NCBI GenBank assembly: GCA_963809895.1
Contig: CAWELD010000003.1
Location: 224,001-288,000, forward strand
Direction: 5' to 3'
DNA: 64,000 nt
Source: an uncultured Gemmatimonadales bacterium
GTDB taxonomy: Bacteria; Gemmatimonadota; Gemmatimonadetes; Longimicrobiales; Gaopeijiaceae
Shown here: in pieces, positions 61,421-64,000 of the stretch
Numbering within the stretch: position 1 is the stretch's first letter
How the letters are laid out: each line of letters starts with the position of its first letter
Position numbers and translations under genes: made by a program
The notes under the pieces: model-generated
Told to the model about the DNA's origin: nothing
Database searches by the model: none
The model's input: only the letters and a program-made list of their open reading frames with translations

Positions 61421-64000
61421 GACGGACAGGGAGGAAGGGCCTCGGCGTTTCCGCGGGATTCGCGGTGACGCTGGCGCTGGCCCTGTCGGGCGGATCCCTG
61501 GCCGCGCAGCAGGCTCGCCAGGATACCACGGCCCGTCCCGATTCCACCGCGCTCCGCCTGCAGGAGCGGCTCAAGCTCCTGAACCTGCCGCTGGGGGATT
61601 CGTCTCAGGCCTTTCCGTCGGATTCGGTGCCCGAGGGCCAGACGCTGGAGATCTTCCAGGACTCCACCCAGGGCGAGCCCGACGACGTCGTGGCGGCCCT
61701 CAAGCGGCTGCCGGGCTACAGCGCCGCCGAGTATCAGGGTACCGGCGCCGAGTACCTGGCCGACGAGGGGATCCTCTACCTCCACGGTGACACCGCTCAG
61801 AAGGCGGGCTTTCAACAGGGTGGAAACCAGCTTCAGGCCGACTCGCTGATCAAGTACAAGGAGTCGGAGTCCACGGTCAACGCCTTCGGCTCTCCGGTCC
61901 TCATCCCCGTGCAGGGCGACCGGGTGCGCAGCGAGGCCCTGTTCTGGAACCTGGATCGGCAGCAGGGTGCGGCCCTCCAGGCCGAGACCCAGTACAGCGC
62001 CGGCGCCAACTGGCTGGTGAAGGGAGACCTTCCGTTGATCCGCTCGGACCTGGCCTACGGGCACTCCACGATCTTCACCTCCTGCGACCTCGACGTGCCC
62101 CACTACCACTTCGAGACCGACGAGCTGAAGATCGTGAAGGGCAACGTCCTGGTCGCCAGACCGGTCCGCCTCTACTTCGGCGACGTCCCGGTGGCCTGGC
62201 TGCCCTTCATCGCGCAGTCGTTGGCCCGTGGACGCGCCTCGGGCATCCTCACGCCCCAGTTCAGCGTGAACGACATCGTGCGGACCAGCAGTGGCTACCA
62301 GCGGCGCATCAGCAACGTGGGCTTCTACTGGGCCATGAGCGACTACTCGGACGCCATCATCGCCCTGGACTGGTTCGAGAACAACTACACGGCGCTCACC
62401 GGCAACGTGTCCTACAACTGGCTTCGCCAGTTTCTCCAGGGCTCGCTGAGCTTCCGCAACTACTGGCCCGTCGAGGGCGGACGGCAGTTCACGCTGAACA
62501 CCCGTCACAGCTGGGAGATCTCGGAGCGCACGCGCCTGACGCTCAACGGGCGCTACGCTTCCAGCTCGAGCTTCGTGACAAGGAACAGCTTCAATCCCCA
62601 GGAGCTGACCCGCTCCATCGACTCCGACGGAGGCTTCAGCCACCGGTTCGACTGGGGAACGCTGAACGTTTCGGGGAACCGGAAGCAGTACCTCACCGAC
62701 GATCGGGTGGAGATGACGCTGCCCGACGTGAGCCTGTCGCTCAAGACCGTGAGCCTCTTCAAGGCGCCCCAGGCCCGGGCCCGCTGGTTCAACAACATGA
62801 CCTGGAGCGGGGGCGGGAACGTGCGCAGGTCGATCCGCGACTACGCGCCCGACGGCGATCAGTACGACAAGGCCGATCTCTCCGCGAACGCCAACAGCTC
62901 CGTCAGCGTGGGCAACCTGAGCCTCGGCGGAGGCCTGTCGTACCGCGACGCGACGGTTCGGGACTATCCCCTCGACTCGTTGCCGTTCTTCCCGGACATG
63001 GTGGCGGAGCGGGGCATCCAGGCGTTCCAGACCCTGGCGGGCCGTCAGGCCACGGCCGACGTCACCGGCGACCGGGTGGACTACTCCCAGGCCTCGTTGG
63101 AGTGGAACTCCAACATCAGCTACCAGCAGAATCTGATCGGGTCCACCACGCTGACGCCCCGTGTGACGCTCTCGGGGATGGCGCAGCGGGCGGACACCGT
63201 CCAGCTCGCCCAGAGTTTCGTTTCGGGGCCCACGCGCATCGCGTTCGGCGCAACGCTGCGGAGCGACCTGTACGGCTTCTTTCCGGGCTTCGCCGGCTTC
63301 GAGCGCCTGCGCCACAAGTTCTCGCCGTCGTTCAGCTACGACTGGTCGCCGGAGGTGACGCCCACGGACCTTCAGAAGGCGGTGTTCGGCTCGCGGTCGC
63401 TCCAGCCCACCAAGGTCCTCTCCGTGACCCTCAACCAGACCTTCGAAGCCAAGAAGAAGGTGGAGGGCGACACCACGGGCGTGGCGAGCGACTCGACCGG
63501 TACCGCCGTCGACTCCACCGGCGCCGGGGGATTCCAGGTCGGTGAGGACGGTCTGCGTCGGCGAGAGACGGGTGAGGTGGTGACGCTCCTGGGGCTGTCG
63601 ACCAGCGCCATCTCCTACAACTTCGTGGAGGCCGATTCCACCGGGAGCTTCCTCAAGGGCTTCAGCACCACGACGCTGTCCAACACCATCACGTCGGACT
63701 ACCTGCAGGGGCTGCAGATCCGCATGACCCACGAGCTGTTCGACGACCAGGTGGTGGAAGGCGAGGGAGGGGTGACCACGACACGCAAGTTCTCGCCCCA
63801 TCTCTCGCAGCTCAACCTGGGATTTTCGCTCTCCAACCGCTCGTCCATCTTCCGCTGGCTGGGGCTGGCGGGTAGCCGGAACGCATCCGCTCAGCAGCAG
63901 GCTCCCGCGGACTCGGTCGCACGGCCGGGCGAAGAGGAAGACCTGCTGGGCGGGCTCGACGATCCCGCGTCCATGATCCCGGGCACCACCTCACGGCGTC
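61417..64000 (+). CDS. LptD-like LPS assembly outer membrane protein, partial (open at window end, not in ORF track)
   Basis: Manual translation: signal peptide, FTSCDLDVPHYHF, VARPVRLYFGDVPVAWLPF, SGILTP; frame open to 64000. Confidence 0.8.
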   Translation, partial: MRRTGRKGLGVSAGFAVTLALALSGGSLAAQQARQDTTARPDSTALRLQERLKLLNLPLGDSSQAFPSDSVPEGQTLEIFQDSTQGEPDDVVAALKRLPGYSAAEYQGTGAEYLADEGILYLHGDTAQKAGFQQGGNQLQADSLIKYKESESTVNAFGSPVLIPVQGDRVRSEALFWNLDRQQGAALQAETQYSAGANWLVKGDLPLIRSDLAYGHSTIFTSCDLDVPHYHFETDELKIVKGNVLVARPVRLYFGDVPVAWLPFIAQSLARGRASGILTPQFSVNDIVRTSSGYQRRISNVGFYWAMSDYSDAIIALDWFENNYTALTGNVSYNWLRQFLQGSLSFRNYWPVEGGRQFTLNTRHSWEISERTRLTLNGRYASSSSFVTRNSFNPQELTRSIDSDGGFSHRFDWGTLNVSGNRKQYLTDDRVEMTLPDVSLSLKTVSLFKAPQARARWFNNMTWSGGGNVRRSIRDYAPDGDQYDKADLSANANSSVSVGNLSLGGGLSYRDATVRDYPLDSLPFFPDMVAERGIQAFQTLAGRQATADVTGDRVDYSQASLEWNSNISYQQNLIGSTTLTPRVTLSGMAQRADTVQLAQSFVSGPTRIAFGATLRSDLYGFFPGFAGFERLRHKFSPSFSYDWSPEVTPTDLQKAVFGSRSLQPTKVLSVTLNQTFEAKKKVEGDTTGVASDSTGTAVDSTGAGGFQVGEDGLRRRETGEVVTLLGLSTSAISYNFVEADSTGSFLKGFSTTTLSNTITSDYLQGLQIRMTHELFDDQVVEGEGGVTTTRKFSPHLSQLNLGFSLSNRSSIFRWLGLAGSRNASAQQQAPADSVARPGEEEDLLGGLDDPASMIPGTTSRR

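Overview
High-GC bacterial chromosome segment. Gene order and protein style suggest Gemmatimonadota/FCB group, but this is an inference with no search run. Almost all genes are on the + strand. 1-25.5 kb: rpoB (3' end)-rpoC, the str operon, and the S10-spc-alpha ribosomal superoperon (no infA), then a membrane hypothetical and rpmB. 25.7-38.2 kb: cysQ, UDP-sugar dehydrogenase, cysD, cysNC, cupin, TPR lipoprotein, DegT aminotransferase, bamD, nadD, secA. 38.1-40.7 kb: the only clear accessory DNA, a 2.6-kb degenerate integrative element inserted in the last codons of secA (31-bp exact direct repeat). It carries a 5'-truncated tyrosine integrase and an apparently intact MqsR-MqsA(+long tail)-SecB-like toxin-antitoxin-chaperone (TAC) operon with a palindromic operator. 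40.8-64 kb: radC, relA/spoT, uvrB, tsaE, tsaB, rimI, nucleotide-sugar genes, LysM protein, tol-pal-cpoB, nrdR, tatC and a partial LptD-like gene. tuf and tolB have single-base frameshifts that look like assembly errors. Exported proteins are enriched in the Bacteroidota O-glycosylation sequon D-(S/T)-(A/I/L/V/M/T). No rRNA, tRNA or CRISPR array was seen.
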